Shown here piece after piece: positions 35,190 through 49,320 of a stretch of 64,000 bases of DNA. This DNA is from Neocallimastix sp. 'constans'. Its lineage: Eukaryota. Each line of letters opens with the position of its first letter. Positions within the stretch are counted from its first letter, which is position 1. A program made the translations under genes and the position numbers. The stretch spans positions 930,001-994,000 of the forward strand of contig JBODTK010000016.1 in the NCBI GenBank assembly GCA_050613775.1, in the 5' to 3' direction. The notes under the pieces were generated by a model. It had not been told where the DNA came from. It saw only the letters and a program-made list of their open reading frames with translations, and did no database searches.

Positions 35190-38100
35190 TGTATACACAC
35201 CACATTCTGTGTGACTCCTTAACAGATTAAGAGTCTCAAAGGTGAGAGACTTATTTTTTTTTTATAAAACATTTTATGATATCATTAAATTTTAATAAAT
35301 AATATTTAGTTTTTATTTTATCTTATTTTTTTTTTTATTTTATGTTCATCATAATGCCTAAAAGAAAAAAATAATAAAAAAGCAATTGAAGAGAGCTCTA
35401 GTTCATCAACTCCAACTGTTAGTAAGGAAAATGGAACTATCTCCCCAATTACACTTAATGATTCTGAAAATGATGATCTTACAAACGATTCTGATTTATT
35501 TGATGTTGATGATAATCCTAATAATAATAAAAATGTCACCATTAATAAAATTAATAAATACTATGGTAATACATCAAAATCTGTTTTTGATATAAAAGAT
35601 TTTGACATGTCAAAAGAAAATTTTCTTAATGGTATGAACCATTAAGAAGACATTTAATTGCCAATGATTTAGATACTTTCATTGACAAACAAATAGATAG
35701 TAAAATTATGAATAGAAAACAAATAAAAGATGATAATGCAGTCCAGTCAATAATAATTAATAGCCTGAATAACATTAATCAAAATTATCTTAGTGGATGT
35801 AGAACGGCATACCAAATGATGCAAAGATTGAAAAGGCGCTACTATCAATCTGGACAAGCATTATTAAATATCTTAGAACAAAAAATAAAAAATTTAAAAA
35901 TTAATGATAATGATTATATTCAGTATATAAATGAATTAAATAATCTTTTTGAACAACACCAAACTGAATGTGAGAATTTAAATAAAAAAAATCAATGGAT
36001 GAAGAAACAAAACTTTTATATTCATCTATTGAACTAGATAAATTTTGTATTAATTCACCTCCTTATATACAGTTTTAAAAATTTTAATGATTTAGTTAAT
36101 GAATTATATAAAAGACACGACTTTTTCGAAAAGGCAAACATATTAAAATACTCAAACAATATGTCTATTGATTTAAATGTCAATAATGTGAACAAAGGAA
36201 AATCTTATAATAATATTAATTCTAATAAAGAATATTATTGCCATATTTGTAAAGTTAAATTCATTCTACTGATTTTTGTAAATTTAATTCTTTAAATAAA
36301 GAAAACAATAATTACAAAAATAATAGTTTTAAAAATAAAAATAATTATAAAAATTATAATAACATTAAAAATAAAAATAATTATAAAAATTATAATAACA
36401 TTAAGTTTAATTTAATACGAAATAATAATTATTATCACTCAAGTAATATTAATGAAGATAATTATAATGACGATATTTCTGACAACTCATATGAATATGA
36501 TGAAGACAATGATTTTAAGGATGAATTACTGTAGTAGTATATGAATTACTGATAGTATCTCAGTAATTGAAAATTGTAATAATACAAATTTTAAAAAAAA
36601 AATAAATACACACATTGGATTATTGACAGCGTTACTTGTATTAATTTAACTAATGAATTAAACAATTTAAAAAAATAAATATGATATCAATAATAAAAAT
36701 ATTATATATCCAAATGGTAAATTAGATAGAATTAAATGTAAAGGTACATATAATGTCAAATTCAAAAATAATAAATTTATTTTATCTAATGTTTATTATG
36801 AGTCAAATATCAAAAATAATTTAATTTCAACACATTCTATTTTAAAAAATGGATGTAAAATAGTTATGGAAAATATTAATAATAAGGACAGATTACAGAT
36901 AATAAAAAATAATAAATTAATAGCAAATATTTATACAGATGACGAATTTTTATTTTCTTTTGATACCATACCAATTAATAATGTTACTTCAAAAAATCAC
37001 GTTTTGCATATAGATACTATTTTATGGCACGCGAGGTTAGGTCATTACGATAACAAAAATATTCATAATTTTGTTATCGAACATTTGAAACTTCATAACT
37101 CTAAAAATTGTCATCAATGCAAAATTAGCAAGTTAAAGAAAAGACCTTTTTATAATAATTTTAATAAATATGAAAAACCAATGGAATTAGTTCACACCGA
37201 TGATGTAGGAAAATTAGAAAATTCTTTTAACGATTTCAATTACTATGTTACTTTTCTTGATGATTTTTTCCAGAAGATGTTGGGTTTTTCTTATTAAAAA
37301 TAAATCAGATGTTCCTGGATACTTTTATTAAATTTTTATATCTTTATTTCTAATACTACCTCTTTCAAAATTATTAATGTTAAATCTGATCATGGTACAG
37401 AATACATTAATAAAAATTTAATTAAATTTATGGAATCAAAAGGTATTAATTTTATTCATTTTACTATAGGAAATCCTCAGCAAAATGGTTGTGCTGAATG
37501 CTTGAACCAAACTTTAAACAAATATGCACCGACTTTATTGAATTCTGCTAAACTTCCTCTTAATTTCTGGGATTCTGCTATTTTATGCACTACTTATTTG
37601 CATAATATTAACCCTCATCAGAGTATGGATAATAAAATTCCTAATGAATTATTTTTCAACAAACCCGTTGATACTGCATATATTAAAGTTTTTGGTTGTA
37701 AAGCCTTTTTTTATAATAATCATAAGTCCAACAAATTCTAAAATAATTCCAAACCTTGGTTTTGCAGGTGATTCTCTTGGTTATAAGATTTTAGATGTTT
37801 CTACTAATTCTATTATTACTGCAAGAGACGTATATTTTTTAGAAGACATGCCTGGTACTATTAATACTACTTTCTTTTGCAATAAATATATTGACTCTAT
37901 TATAGATTTCAAGGATTTATTAATTGAGGGGGAAAGTAATAATTCTAATGATATTATGAATGATTTACAATTAAAAAATCCCTTAAATAATAGTAATGAT
38001 ATGAATAATAATAACTATAATGATGATGATGATATAAATAATAATAATAATAATAATGATTTGAATAATAATAATTTATTTAATAATAATAATTTAAATA

Positions 38101-39764
38101 ATAACAATAATTTAAATAATAATAATAATTTAAATAATAACAATAATTTAAATAATAATAATAATTCAAACAATATTAATGATATAAATAATAATTCTTT
38201 TAATAATAATCAACACATAAATACTAACTTAAATAAAAATAAAAATAGTTTAATTGGCAATAATAACCTAAATAATAATAATTTAAACAATAATGATAAC
38301 AATAAAAATAATATAAATAATAAAAGATCTCTCAAAGAAGAAAGTGAATATAATATGATTCAGATAACGAACCATTAAATTTAAGAAATGAAAAATTTAA
38401 AAATAAATATAACAAACGCCACAAAGTTATGAACATTATTACGAACGTTCCAAATGCATACGAACAAGCCATCAACTCAAAAGATAGCAATGAATGGAAA
38501 TTAGCCATCAAAGAAGAACTTTCAATCCTGTATAACAACAATGTAATGGAAGTAGTTAATAAAAATTCCAAAAAATGTACACATAATAGATACTAAATGG
38601 ATATTCACTGAAAAGGATAATAACAAAAAAAAAAAGGCAGGACTAGTCGATCGTGGTTTCCAACAAATATCAGGGCAAGATTTTATTGAAACATATTCAC
38701 CAACAATTCAAGCCGGCAGTCTCAGATTTAACAGTCGCTATAGCCTCCCTAAATGAATGGTGCCTTAAGCAATTAAATATAAAAGCTGCATACTTAAATG
38801 CAGATTTAGAAGAAAAAATATATCTGAAAATACCTTTAGGTGATAAAAACTATAATAAAAATAAATATTGGCTATTGAAGAAGGCTCTATATGGTTTAAA
38901 ACAAGCTAGTAGAATGTGGTATAAAGAATCGAATGTAAATAAAATAATCGGTATCAATATATGTAACACTAAAGATGGATACAAAATAAATTAAATAGAT
39001 TACATCAACAAAATCATCAAAAAAATATAAGATGAATAAAACAAAGAGTGTCAAAACACCTTGCAGAAATGTATCAGATTTTGAAAGAGAAAATTCAAAT
39101 TTGGTTATTGTTGGGGAATATAAATCTTTACTTGGTGCTCTTCTTTATATAGCAGTAAAGTCCAGACATGACATATCTTTTGCAGTAAACCAAGCTTCAA
39201 GAAATTGTGAAAATCCAATCGAAGCGGATTATGGATCATTAATGTACATATTACAATATTTAAAAGGAACAATTAACAAATCAATATGTTATAATAAAAG
39301 AAACAGATTCATTGGATATTCAGATTCAGATTTTGCAAGTGATGAAAAAAACAAGAAGATCCACTAGCCGTTTTATTTTCTTACATGGTGATAGTCCAAT
39401 TTCATGGAAATCTCAACTACAAAAAAGCGTAACTCTACCCACAGCAGAAGCTGAATTAGTAAGTTTAACTGAATGTGCCAAACAAGGTATTTGGTTTAAA
39501 AATTTATTCAAAGAAAATTTTAATAAAGAAATAAAAATAAAAATTATGATAGATAATAAAGCTTGTATAGCAATAGCTCAAGATACAAATTCAAAAGGCC
39601 GATGTAAACACATAGATACTAGATATAAATTTATACAAGAAGAAATAAATAACAATAATATTATATTAGAATATATTAACACAGAAAACACATGTTAGCC
39701 GATCCTCTAACAAAAAGCACTACAGGCATAAAAATGAATCGTTTTACAAATTTGATTTTTACAG

Positions 39765-39828
<64 letters not shown>

Positions 39829-40059
39829 TTATAATACTTAATGTAGAGGGAATATTAAGTAATGTACATTAAGATATTATAAAGTTTCTTAATGATATAA
39901 TGTATGTAATAGATTAAATATTGAATTAATGTATTATATTAAATAACTGAGTCTTTTTATCATAAGAAATAAAAATAATAATTAATAAATAAATAAATAA
40001 ATATATAATAATATAAATTTCGTGTTTGTATACACCACATTCTGTATGACTCCTTAACA
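35190..40059 (+). mobile_element. Decayed Ty1/Copia LTR retrotransposon (5' LTR truncated to ~35 bp; 3' LTR ~39853-40059)
   Basis: Shared LTR end ACCACATTCTGT(G/A)TGACTCCTTAACA at 35224 and 40059; PPT AGAGGGAA at 39845-39852. Frameshifted gag with C..C....H....C at ~36240, WIIDS protease, LWHARLGH, integrase core, RT LKKALYGLKQASRMW, RNase H GYSDSDFA and KHIDTRY. Order PR-IN-RT-RH; the YVDD region appears deleted at ~38930. Confidence 0.93.
35225..35238 (+). promoter_or_regulatory. Putative half-tRNA primer-binding site (tRNA-Lys CUU anticodon arm)
   Basis: GATTAAGAGTCTCA directly abuts the LTR-terminal CA. Its reverse complement TGAGACTCTTAATC matches the anticodon stem-loop of eukaryotic tRNA-Lys(CTT) as I recall it. 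Confidence 0.65.
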
Positions 40060-40060
40060 A

Positions 40061-40762
40061 ATACAAATAATAGTTTAATAATATAAATTAATATAAAGTA
40101 ATAATATATAAGAATATAATAAATAATATCAACTATATATATTTAATTATAATATAAGTAATTATAAACTATTTTATTATATTATAATATATAGAATAAT
40201 AATGAATATTTAATATAAACTTTTAGATAAATAAGAATATTTAAGTTTTATATAATATTTAAGTTTTATATAATAAGAATATTATTATATAATATGTAAA
40301 TATAAAATAATCATTTAACTTAATATATAAAATAATTATAAATATAATATAAGAGTAAATATTTAATAATATATTAAATAATAAAGAATTATTCTATAAA
40401 TCATTATTAAAAAATTACTTAACACATACAAATAATAGTTTAATAATATAAATTAATATAAAGTAATAATATATAAGAATATAATAAATAATATCAACTA
40501 TATATATTTAATTATAATATAAGTAATTATAAACTATTTTATTATATTATAATATATAGAAGAATTATGAATATTTAATATAAACTTTAAGATAAATAAG
40601 AATATTTAAGTTTTATATAATAAGAATATTATTATATAATATGTAAATATAAAATAATCATTTATCTTAATATATAAAATAATTATAAATATAAGAGTAA
40701 ATATTTAATAATATATGAATAAAATAGTATAGAATTATTCTATAAATCATTATTAAAAAATT
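40061..40762. repeat. ~365-bp imperfect tandem duplication next to the Copia 3' LTR
   Basis: ATACAAATAATAGTTTAATAATATAAATT.. begins at 40061 and again at 40426. Confidence 0.85.
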
Positions 40763-41150
40763 AAAGATATAAATTTAATATTTAATAATTATTATTATTA
40801 TTATTAAATATACTCATATTTACACACATTAGTTTTATATCATTGTTCAAATTAAAAATTTAAATTCTCTGAAAATTGAGCTTACTTCATATATTCTAAA
40901 TCTATTAAAATTACATTTATTGTATTGAATGCTCCATGAATTTTAATGAACAATAAGAGAAAAATAAATAAATATTTAGTCAAAATGAACTATTACTCAA
41001 AGAGTTATTCTTTCATTCTCAAAACTCATAATTTAAAATTCTGTAATATTACTATAAATTTTTTTACTTTATATGTATAATTAATTAAAAGATTATTAAA
41101 AAGTAAATTCTTTTCTAAAAAAAAAAAAAAAAAAAAAAATTGCTGAATTA

Positions 41151-41226
<76 letters not shown>

Positions 41227-42241
41227 TTATTGTTATATTAATTATTATTTTATAAATTTCATTGTTATTTTTACTAAATAATGCTTATATAACTACATTG
41301 TATATAATTAATAAATATATATTATCACTTTTTTTTTTAATATTATTATAAATAATTAATAGAATTTTTGCTATTTCAAATATTATCCAAAAACGAATCT
41401 ATTTATAAAAAAATATTATTTATTTATAGAAATTAATTTGATGTACTTTAATTATACATCAAATTAATTTTTATAATATTTATATATAAATTCTATAAAT
41501 ATATTGTATTTATAAAATTTATAAATATAGTATTTATAAATTTTAAAAAACACTGTATATATATTAATATAATTGGTTTATATTTTACTAAAATTAAATA
41601 TGTTTATTTAGTATAATTATATATGTATAGTAACATAATTATTTTTCTAATTTTGATAAAAAAGATTAAATTGAGAGTTAATATTCCAAATAAACAATAC
41701 TTGAGAATTAATGTAACTATAATCAACTAATATTGAAAAATATATATATAATTTAATTATTACATAATTTTTTCTAATTTTAATAACCAATAATTAAATT
41801 TAATAATTAATACTCCTTTAAAACAAAATCAAAAATATAAAAAAGTAATTTTTCATTGATTAACAATTAATAATAATTAAATTTTTTATTTTTCATTATT
41901 ATTTAAAAAATAAGATTAATTTTTAATAATAAAATATTTAAAATTTATTTTATTCATTTATTTTCTTTTTTTATATTATTATTTCTTCAATAAAATTAAT
42001 ATTATTTTTTTTTCCCTATTACGAATATTAAATTATTATAAAAAAATTAATAATAATATTTTTTTTATTTAATAATAATAATTATTTTTATTATGTGTTG
42101 TTATTTATTATATAAAAAATAATATTATATATCTAAATTTTATAATTTTTTATTATAGCCGTTTTCATCATTGTTATAAAAAAAGATAAATTTTTTTTTT
42201 TTCATTTTATTAAACTGATTTATAATTTTTTATTTCATAAA

Positions 42242-42622
42242 TTATTTTGGAGCAACAGTTGTATCATAAACTTTAGCAACAATTTTCCATTGTCCATTAA
42301 CCTTATTGAATACTAATAAATCAGTAAATTTATAACCATGCCAGTTATCTTCAATAACTCTAACAGTAGCAATGGTTTGTTCAATATTTAATACATCAAC
42401 TCTACCAGTGTAATCTGGGCCACAAGCTCCCATTTTATCAATGGTATCATAGAAACCTTGAATTGGACCAGATTGATATTCTTTTTCGTTTAACTGACCA
42501 AAGAATGAAGCCTTTTCATAGAAATAAGGTTTAATAATTTCACTCTTTCCGTTCTTTACAGCTTCAATAAATTTTCTTGCAATTTCTTCAATTTTGTTGT
42601 ATTCAGAAAGATCAGATCTCAT
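42242..42622 (-). CDS. NTF2-like / putative lumazine-binding (Lumazine_bd_2 or SnoaL-like) family protein, 126 aa, intronless
   Basis: Recognisable pattern: N-terminal helix (I....F.EA..NG.......F...A...G), then IATVRV......Y.FTDLL...KVNGQWKIVAKVY. Clean ORF with host-like codon usage. Confidence 0.8.
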   Translation of the reverse strand: MRSDLSEYNKIEEIARKFIEAVKNGKSEIIKPYFYEKASFFGQLNEKEYQSGPIQGFYDTIDKMGACGPDYTGRVDVLNIEQTIATVRVIEDNWHGYKFTDLLVFNKVNGQWKIVAKVYDTTVAPK

Positions 42623-43919
42623 TTTTGGATTATTAATTGCTTTATATATTATAATATATCGATATTATTTATTTATTATTATTTTAATTTCTTTATCTTT
42701 ACTATGATTATTTTTTTTATTAATAAGGAAAATCAACCAATATTTATATTTTTCAGAAATATGCATTTATAATAATTTTTATCTTAAATAATAATTTTAA
42801 TATAATTCATTAGAATATATATTATGTATTATTATATATATATTTATATTTTCTATTTATATTAAAATAATAAAAGGTTTTTTTATCTTTTTTTTTTTTT
42901 TTCTTTTTTTTTTTTTTTTGAATAAAGTTTTTAATATAATGTATGCATATGTATATATATAATACAATACTTTTTCTTATTACTAATATATTTAAATTGT
43001 ATGCATATTTTTTGATTAATACGAAAAAAAAAAAAAAAAATTATTAATATTATTATCATTATAGTAATTTATTAAAAGTTTAAATTTCTTAATTAATTAT
43101 TACATAATAAATAATCATCATTAAATTAATTCTCTTAATAATAATAAAAATTAAGATATTTAGAATAACAAAATAATAAATAAAGACACTTTAAAAATAT
43201 ATTTTCAATTTAATATTTTTTTAATCTTTATGAATATTTCTACTTTTAAATGCTATACAATAACGAATTAACTATTTATTTAGCACTAACTTCCATTATA
43301 AAAAAAGTAATATTTTTTTATTTAAATTCATTTATATTTATTTTAATATTATATATTTAATAATATAATAAATAAATTTAATTATAATTAAAATGATTAA
43401 TATTATTAAATGAAAATATTAATTTATTCTATTGATTAAATAATCAAATTAATAAAATAAAATTTAATAATTCACTACTAAGTAGTACTTTTAAAGTTTA
43501 ATTTATATATCCACTATATATTTTACCAATATATTTTTACATCTTTATTATTAATATATATTGAAGATAAAGATTTCAGCGGATTTGATTTCCGTAACCA
43601 AAAATTTATACAACATATTAATAAATATAATAAAAAATACTACTAAAGAAAAATAATGTATACAATCTTAAAATTACATGATATAAAAATTATTTATTAC
43701 TAAAATAAAAAATTAAATGAATAATAATTATTAATAATTAAATTAAATGAATAATAATAACTAATTATAATTAAATGAATAATAATAGTAATATATGCTT
43801 AGGTTAAAATTAAAAGTTTCACATATTTATTTTTATTTAAAAGAATCTTTGTTAAGTAAAATAGAATCTTCGTTAAGTAAAATAGAATCTTTGTTAAGTA
43901 AAATAAAAGTATTGAGTTT

Positions 43920-44390
43920 TAAATTAAAATATATAAGAAATTCAGAATACATAAGAAAAATAAAAAAAAAAAAATATTAAAATATATATAAAAAAAAAAT
44001 ATTAAAATATATAAAAAAAAATATTAAAATATATAAAAAAAAAATATTAAAATATATAAAAAAAAAAAAATATATTAAAATATATAAAAAAAAATATTAA
44101 AATATATAAGAAATTCAGAATACATAAGAAAAATAAAAAAAAATATTAAAATATATAAGAAATTCAGAATATATAAGAAAAATAAAAAAAAAAAATATTA
44201 AAATATATAAGAAATTCAGAATATATAAGAAACATAAAAAAAAAAAAAAAATATTAAAATATATAAGAAATTCAGAATATATAAGAAAAATAAAAAAAAA
44301 ATATTAAAATATATAAGAAATTCAGAATACATAAGAAAAATAAAAAAAAAAAAAAAAATATTAAAATATATAAGAAATAATACATAAGAT
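43920..44390. repeat. A-rich tandem repeat (AAAATATATAAGAAATTCAGAATA(T/C)ATAAG-An-TATT)
   Basis: Multiple copies with variable A-runs. Confidence 0.8.
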
Positions 44391-44606
44391 AAAAAATAAA
44401 GATAAATTATGTAATACGTAATAAAAAAATAAGGTTAATAATGTTTGTCAAATTTTGACAGTTTTTCTAATATAACTTGGTTGGTATGATATATACTATT
44501 ATATAATTAAATATAAATACTTAACACCAAACGTAATAAAAAATTATTAAATATATTTTTTTTTTAAACTTTTTCTTTTTATTTATTTATTTATTTATTT
44601 ACTGAA

Positions 44607-45250
44607 ATGTATTTTATTTTATTTTATTTTATTTTATTTTATTTTATTTTATTTTATTTTATTTTATTTTATTTTATTTTATTTTATTTTATTTTATTTT
44701 ATTTTATTTTATTTTATTTTATTTTATTTTATTCAATCTGTACTTTATATTTAATATTCTACTATTTATTTTATTTTATTTTATTTTATTTTATTTTATT
44801 TTATTTTATTTTATTTTATTTTATTTTATTTTATTTTATTTTATTTTATTTTATTTTATTTTATTTTATTTTATTTTATTTTATTTTATTTTATTTTATT
44901 TTATTTTATTTTATTTTATTTTATTTTATTTTATTTTATTTTATTTTATTTTATTTTATTTTATTCAATCTGTACTTATATTTATATTCTACTATTTATT
45001 TTATTTTATTTTATTTTATTTTATTTTATTTTATTTTATTTTATTTTATTTTATTTTATTTTATTTTATTTTATTTTATTTTATTTTATTTTATTTTATT
45101 TTATTTTATTTTATTTTATTTTATTTTATTTTATTTTATTTTATTTTATTTTATTTTATTTTATTTTATTTTATTTTATATTCTTGTACTTTTATATTAT
45201 TACATTTAATATTTATTTTTCATTTATTTTATTTTATTTTATTTTATATA
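44607..45250 (+). repeat. Third, short array of the CAATCTGTACT/(TTTTA)n minisatellite
   Basis: Cores at ~44734 and ~44966, plus the ATATTCTTGTA..ATTATTACATT module also seen at ~14085 and ~16570. Confidence 0.9.
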
Positions 45251-46206
45251 CTTATATTATTACATTTTTTTTACATATAATTGCATTAAAAATTTTTATG
45301 GCGTTAATAAAAAATTTTACAAGCCATTAAAAATAAATGGTGTATTGAAAATTTTTATTATAAAAATTGGCGAAATGCACCACATTCTCCACGAATGAAT
45401 TAACTAATGAGGATTTACAATCACAGAAATTACCCCGCTTCAGGCATTTATACGTACATCTGAGAAGCACCATCATAGTGTAGACGATGACTTGTTCGAT
45501 TTAGGGTTAGGCTGCCAATAGTTATGAGAAAAGTATGTGTGTTTTTTATAATAAACTTTATTTAATTTTTGTATTTAGTTAATACATAAATTTTATTAAT
45601 GTAAAGAACTCATTTTTATTTAAGAAAATAAAAATAATTATTTTTTATAGTAAAAATTACATATTTAATCATGTGATAATTCTATGAATTAATACACATA
45701 GATAAATGTTACACAACATAAAAATATAAGAATAAAATATTAATATAAGATAAGAATATAATATTGATAATAATATAAGAATATAAAAATATAATTTTAA
45801 TAATATAAAAATATAAAATAAAATGTGATTATTTTAACAAGTTATTATTGGGTGGTAAGGTGGAATTGAACTTCTGGACTATTGATCCAATCTCATGGAG
45901 TTCTATAATTAAAGCATTAATTTATGTTTTAGTTAAATCAAGCCACTTATAAAGAACATTATAAAATCATTAGATTTAAATTTGATTTATGACATTAATT
46001 TATGTTTGAATAATAAAATTTATTTTATATTAATTAAGGTTTGAATATTTCATTTTATACCAGATTAATATTGATTTTTATTATATATATTTAATAATTA
46101 TTGATATATAATAGAAATAAAAACTCTAATAAATAATAAATTTAAGTTAATTAAAAAATGTAGTATAAGCATAAATTTATGTTTTTATAATATTTATATT
46201 AAAATT

Positions 46207-47048
46207 GGGTGTGTGGCATTTCGCAAAAGTTTCATTTCGCAAAATTTTAATAAATAGATAAATAAATAATAAAATAAATAAATAATAAAAAATATAAAAA
46301 TATAAAAATATAAAATATAAAAAATAAAATATAAAATATAAAATATAAAATATAAAATATAAAATATAAAATATAAAATATAAAATATAAAATAAAAAAT
46401 AAAAAAAAAAAAAATACTATTTAAAATCATCCTAAGTTTGTGCTACTTTTAACTCCCTTTTTTATGATGTCCTCATCTTTTTTTTTTTTAATGGATTATT
46501 TATAAATATTTCTTTTATTAAAAAAATTTATTAGTAATTAAAGTTTTTTTAAAATACTGCGCAAGGACTTAAAAGGTGTAAAATGATCAATTAATTATTT
46601 ATATATTATTTTTTAATCTTTATAATAATTATTTTTTAATTATTTTTAATAGTTATATTTTAAATTATTATCTTTATACAACTTTTAAATTATTAATATT
46701 TATTTATATATATATATAAAATTATTATTAATTATATATTATAGAACATTTAAAATGATAAAATATTTTATTTTTTTAAAGCTTTAATTCTAATGAATAT
46801 TTATTATTATATAATGTATATTCATTATATATATGTATATAAATATTTTTCTTTTTTTTAAAAAATTTAATTTTAAATTTATTTATTTATTATAGTTTTA
46901 TTTATTTATTTTTATTTATTTAATTATTTATTTAAAATATATATATTATTTATTTGGTTTATTATTAATTTATTTATTTATTAACTTTAAAAATTTTTTT
47001 GCGAAATGAAACTTTCCGAAATGAAATTTTGCGAAATGCACCTCCCCC
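46207..47048. mobile_element. Non-autonomous Mutator-like (MULE-MITE) DNA transposon, 842 bp
   Basis: Imperfect TIRs GGGTGTGTGGCATTTCGCAAAAGTTTCATTTCG and CGAAATGAAATTTTGCGAAATGCACCTCCCCC; 9-bp TSD ATTAAAATT at 46198-46206 and 47049-47057; no ORF. Confidence 0.85.
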
Positions 47049-48049
47049 ATTAAAATTAATTTATATATTTTTATTATTTAATTTAATAATTAATGAAAGT
47101 AAATTTAATATTTAATTATAAAAGAAAAAAATAATAGAAATAGTTTAGTTCTATGTCCAAGAATAATAAATACTAAATTACAGTAATTCTTTAGATCAAA
47201 GAATAAGAATAAATATTAGTTTTACGAATAAATGTTAGTTTTCATTTTAAATAATGATATTGTAATTTTTCCAAATAAATAAAATTTAAATAAATTAATT
47301 TTTCATAAAACACATAAATTGTTTCCCCCTTTCAAAAGAACAAACCTTAAAAGAATCGAAGCTGAGTGTATTTTGTCATTATTGATGAATGATAATTTAA
47401 TAATTAAATCATTATTAAATTATCTATTTACAATGTCAACCGATTTGATAATTAATTAACTATTTTATAACCGGAGAATATTGGAATCTAAATTATTATT
47501 GTTGGGAACCAGTACATATCTCATTGGGTTAGGTTATACTGACCTTGTTTCAAAGGAAAGTTAGGAATTGGTGAAGCACAAAAGTCTCGGCAATAATATG
47601 CATATGTCAGAGTGCCAATGTTAAATACTCAGTTTGATCGTCCATCAAAGACATTATCTGCCTATGCAAAGTGTTGTGACTATCTCAATATTCCCACTGT
47701 GGGAAGGTTTAAAAAAAATAATACATATTATTTCCTAAGTGTAAATTGTGTAAAAAAAAAAAAAAAAAAAAAAAAAGAAAGAAGACAATTACGTAATCAG
47801 CGTTTCAAATTCGTAATTTAATATATATTTAATTTAAAAATTGTATTTAATTAAAAAAAGTGTTAAACACATTTATAGAAATTACATTATCAAATGCATT
47901 ATTAAATATATAATGAAAAAAAAAAGAAATAAAAATTGAATATGGTTAATTATATTTTTTCATGCTCTTCAATTTATAAATTAAGTAAAAATATTGAAAA
48001 ACGATTATATAATAGTAATAATCAACAAAAAAAAAAGTTATTAAAAAAT

Positions 48050-49320
48050 ATGATAGTAATGAATTTCCTTTAACTTCTCAACATTTTGATATCTATATTG
48101 GTTATTTAAAAAATCCAAAGAGTATAATCTATAATATTTCAAATTCATTTAAATTAAAATAAAATATTGAAATGATGAACTTTAAATGGGAATTATTGAT
48201 TTATTCAATTATCATAAACTATTAAGAAGTCAATACATCAAATAATGATACTGGAAAATTGAAATTTATGGGTGCATTGATGATGATTACATCCTTAAAT
48301 TTGAATCCTATAGTTATTATAAAGTAAAATAATTCTCAAGACTATCTAATTTGTCAAAATCACCTTTAATATGAGTTAGTTTTACATAAAATGAAGTCTT
48401 ATTACTAAGTATTCACCATATTATTGCTGAAGGATCTACTATTTCTATTATTAATAATGAATTAAATAGTTATTATTATTATGATTTCACAAAGATAGTG
48501 ATTATGCTTTACACTATAAAGAAAAACAAAAAGACGGTGCTTTCAAAAATCAAATTGAATTTTATAAAAATATGTTTAAAGAATTCTAATATATATTATC
48601 TATTTCAATGAAAGAGTATATTGAATTGAACAATGATAATTAGAAATAGAAAACTTAAGTTTTTGTACACAAGAAATTGATAAAAAAAACAAGTTAATTA
48701 ATTGATGAGTATGTTAAAACTAATGAAATAAGTAAAAAAGCATTTTTTTCATAAGTATTTATATTTGATATTTGAATTACCTAAATAATCTAAATAAGAT
48801 ATTATATACACATCAATGATATTTAAACACAGAAATAAACATTATGTTGAAAATATGAATGGTATGCTTGTAGCTACCTAACCTATGCTCATAGAATTTA
48901 ATGATGAATGTACATTTTATGAATTAATTAAAAGCAATATGAAAGTTTTAATTGATATATATAATAATCAAGATTTATCATTTTCAGAATTATTTAGTTT
49001 ATTAAAATTGAAAAAAAGTTAATAATGTAATTATTTATCAACCAAACGAAATTACTGATAATAATGTTGAAATCATTTTCAAGAAGGGAAATGAAAAAAA
49101 TTATACGAAAATAAGGAATTAGTAAATAAAATAATTCAAAATTTGATTTATCATTGAGCATAATAGAACAAATAAATAATTACTTAATATTAATTGAATA
49201 TAATAATAATATGTACAATTCTATGATATTAATAGTATTATTCAAGGTTATGTTGAAGTTTCAAGAAATTCAAATAGTTTTAATAAACCTATTCATAATA
49301 TTGAATACATTCCAGAAGGC
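48050..49320 (+). pseudogene. NRPS-type condensation-domain pseudogene
   Basis: Broken frames give FPLTSQ..IY....NPKSIIYNI, NLSKSPLI, IHHIIAEGSTISII (HHxxxDG-like, at ~48411), and R.KHYVENMNGMLVAT*P..QDLSFSEL. Many stops and frameshifts. Confidence 0.75.

Noticed and set aside
37935..38330. Poly-Asn ORF as a host low-complexity gene (also 13290-13430)
   Set aside because: These are AAT-type expansions inside the Copia IN-RT linker and the LINE C-terminus.
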